From: Phyllosticta citribraziliensis
Taxonomy: Eukaryota
NCBI RefSeq assembly: GCF_038025025.1
Contig: NW_027117345.1
Location: forward strand, 1,674,001 to 1,738,000
Direction: 5' to 3'
Length of the DNA stretch: 64,000 nt
A program made the position numbers and the translations under genes. Positions 62,001-64,000 of this stretch are shown here, one piece after another (the stretch's first letter is position 1; each line of letters starts with the position of its first letter). Below the pieces are notes generated by a model, which saw only the letters and a list, made by a program, of their open reading frames with translations, did not search any database and had not been told where the DNA came from.

Positions 62001-64000
62001 GAGGAGCTCAAAATCTCTGAGTCCATCAAGTTCCAATCTGTCCTCAACTTGCGCCCCTGTACGAAGACAGCTTGACTTCGGTGCTATCCCAATGTCCAAG
62101 TATCTCTCCACTACGCATGTAAGACCTCCGATGCCCGTGTTGGATGCCAAAACCCCATCCTAGTTGCAACCGTGGTGCTTGAGAAGTCTCTGACATTGCT
62201 CTTAGGATTTGGAAATGACAAAGGGAGACGAGGACGGAAGCCAGTCCGGAGGAAGCTCTTCCGGGGATTGGCCACGGGATCCGGGCGGCCATTGAATCAA
62301 CAGTAAGGCTTCATTTAACCAGGACAGTTTGAGAGAAAAAGCCTCTAAAACAAGACATCACAAAAGGCAGGTCGTACCTCAATGGCAAAGCTCCAGAAAA
62401 CCGCAGCAACAAGCTGGTAAAGACCACTGCATTCTGGTTCTCGATCCTCATCAACGAGTCAAGCGCATGATACTGCGTAGTATACGGGGCTTTCATGCAC
62501 GCTGCCGTTGACATTCCGGTATCAAGAGACGATCTTGAAATGCAATCAAAAAAGAAAAGTCCCAACAGGGAAGCCACGGCGCGAGCTCTCACCCATCTCT
62601 TGGATTTTCCACACCTGATAAATCACATTGGTGGGGTATTACGTTTTTCCTGATTTTCTACTCCCGACGTACGTACGACGTTGAAAGCTCAGCATTCTCT
62701 CTCCCAACCCACACCATGCGGGTATCTGTATCATCTTGGAACGAAATTTTTGTACAAATCTACAAGAGACCTGCTTGCGCACCAACCTCGAAGGTGAATC
62801 TACACGCCGGTAGATGATCGCAGTGATTCACAACATGGTCCTTTTCCCACATCCGTGCGGCACTTTGACTGTCTATCCCGCATGTCGGGAGACACAGTTC
62901 CTGCATCCATTTCCCGCATTCACATGTTCGAGCGAGGACGCGAGCGTGTTAGTTTCCTGCAAGTCACACTGCGTCTCAATCTGCAAAAGTTCCAGGGCAC
63001 CTCCATGGTAAACAGTGGAGTATCTCCATTGGCCGATCGCACGGGCCCAATCACACCCAGAGGGCATGGCCTGGAAGGGACATGAGCGTCTGGTCGATGT
63101 GGAAGCTGGGGGAACGAGAGAGTCCCGGACAGAGGGGACAACGTCGAGGACACTCGGAATTCCTGCCCGCGACAAAAGCGAGCGAGCTGAACAGGGGTTG
63201 GCAATGCAAGCGATTGGCCCTATGGAGGGTTCCATTCGCCGACGAGAATCGCACACGCATGCAGGAACTGCCGATGAACCTTTGTCGCGAGTCGTTTGAC
63301 GTCAGCTTCCTCTGTCGCTCCCCTACCGGTCAGTGCCGCCGTGGGCAAATTGAACGACGGAACGAAGCTGGTCTCGGGAATTCCGCCCGCTAGTGACGTG
63401 CGGCCTTCGAAACGCTTGCAGTGCCTGCGCAAGCACGCAAGCAACCCCAGTTAGCTGCAGGAACTCGCGACGCAACCGCCACGTTCGTCGAACGACACTG
63501 TGGCTTGGGAAATGGGTCCATGTTTTGCTCTAGCTACTCAGAATTCCGTGTCTCTGGTTTCGGGGCTGAGCGACTAGGGGTCCTTTTGAGCTCCGCCGTA
63601 ATGAACGACTGTTTCTCTCCAGTCCCAAACTCCTTCTGAGTAATGGCAGTGTTTCTCCACAGCTTTGTCTCTTCCTAAGACGCCATGTGCGAGTTACCGC
63701 CTACATGGAAAGTCTGCCCAGTCAACCACTCATGCAGTGGGGAAATTCGCGGAAACAACCCACCGTCATCCCGCAAGTTGAACTCGGGAGAGTGAAGAGC
63801 AAGGCTGTGGATTCGTGCTAGCCAGGCTGGGGTGGCCCTGGCTCTCCCGCACTGATACCGTGATCTCCTTGGGCCTCGAGGAGGTGCTGTCCGCTCGACT
63901 CTTATCAAACCACGTCGTTGTCGTCGGCGGCGTTGGCGTTGGCTTCGTCGCGCAGCAGCCATCTGCAGGGGTGTCAGCCAATGTCTATTGTCAAAGGGGC

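Noticed and set aside
60300..64000. Scattered 60-200-aa ORFs at the right end
   Set aside because: No identifiable domain, transposon motif, terminal repeat or consistent exon chain found by eye.

Overview
Eukaryotic nuclear DNA from a filamentous ascomycete. Evidence: GT-AG introns with CTAAC/CTGAC branch sites, high GC, and Pezizomycotina-type genes; a Dothideomycete-like source is my inference. Recognisable genes: DHA1-type MFS transporter, class II cAMP phosphodiesterase, eEF1B-gamma hosting an intronic box C/D snoRNA (snR38-type), mitochondrial ribosomal protein S9, a Q/Y/P-rich hypothetical, a PDR-type ABC transporter, a Zn2Cys6 factor, LSM7, a PNPOx/FNR oxidoreductase, an FHA protein, RNA Pol III largest subunit, a GH13 alpha-amylase, DTD1 and NOT3/5. 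Manual splicing recovered two small genes the ORF track misses or truncates: a 4-exon, 76-aa Cys-rich membrane micro-protein (2160-2547, minus) and a 122-aa CxxCxGxG zinc-finger protein (53445-53873, minus). Other notable items: an in-frame tandem duplication of the NOT3/5 last exon, a ~1 kb ATG-free leader with a possible CUG start, an ATG-microsatellite uORF before RPC1, a phased GGAGCRTTYA repeat array at the left edge, and several gene relics. I see no CRISPR array, intact transposon or clear new multi-gene system. All calls come from reading the sequence; no searches were run.
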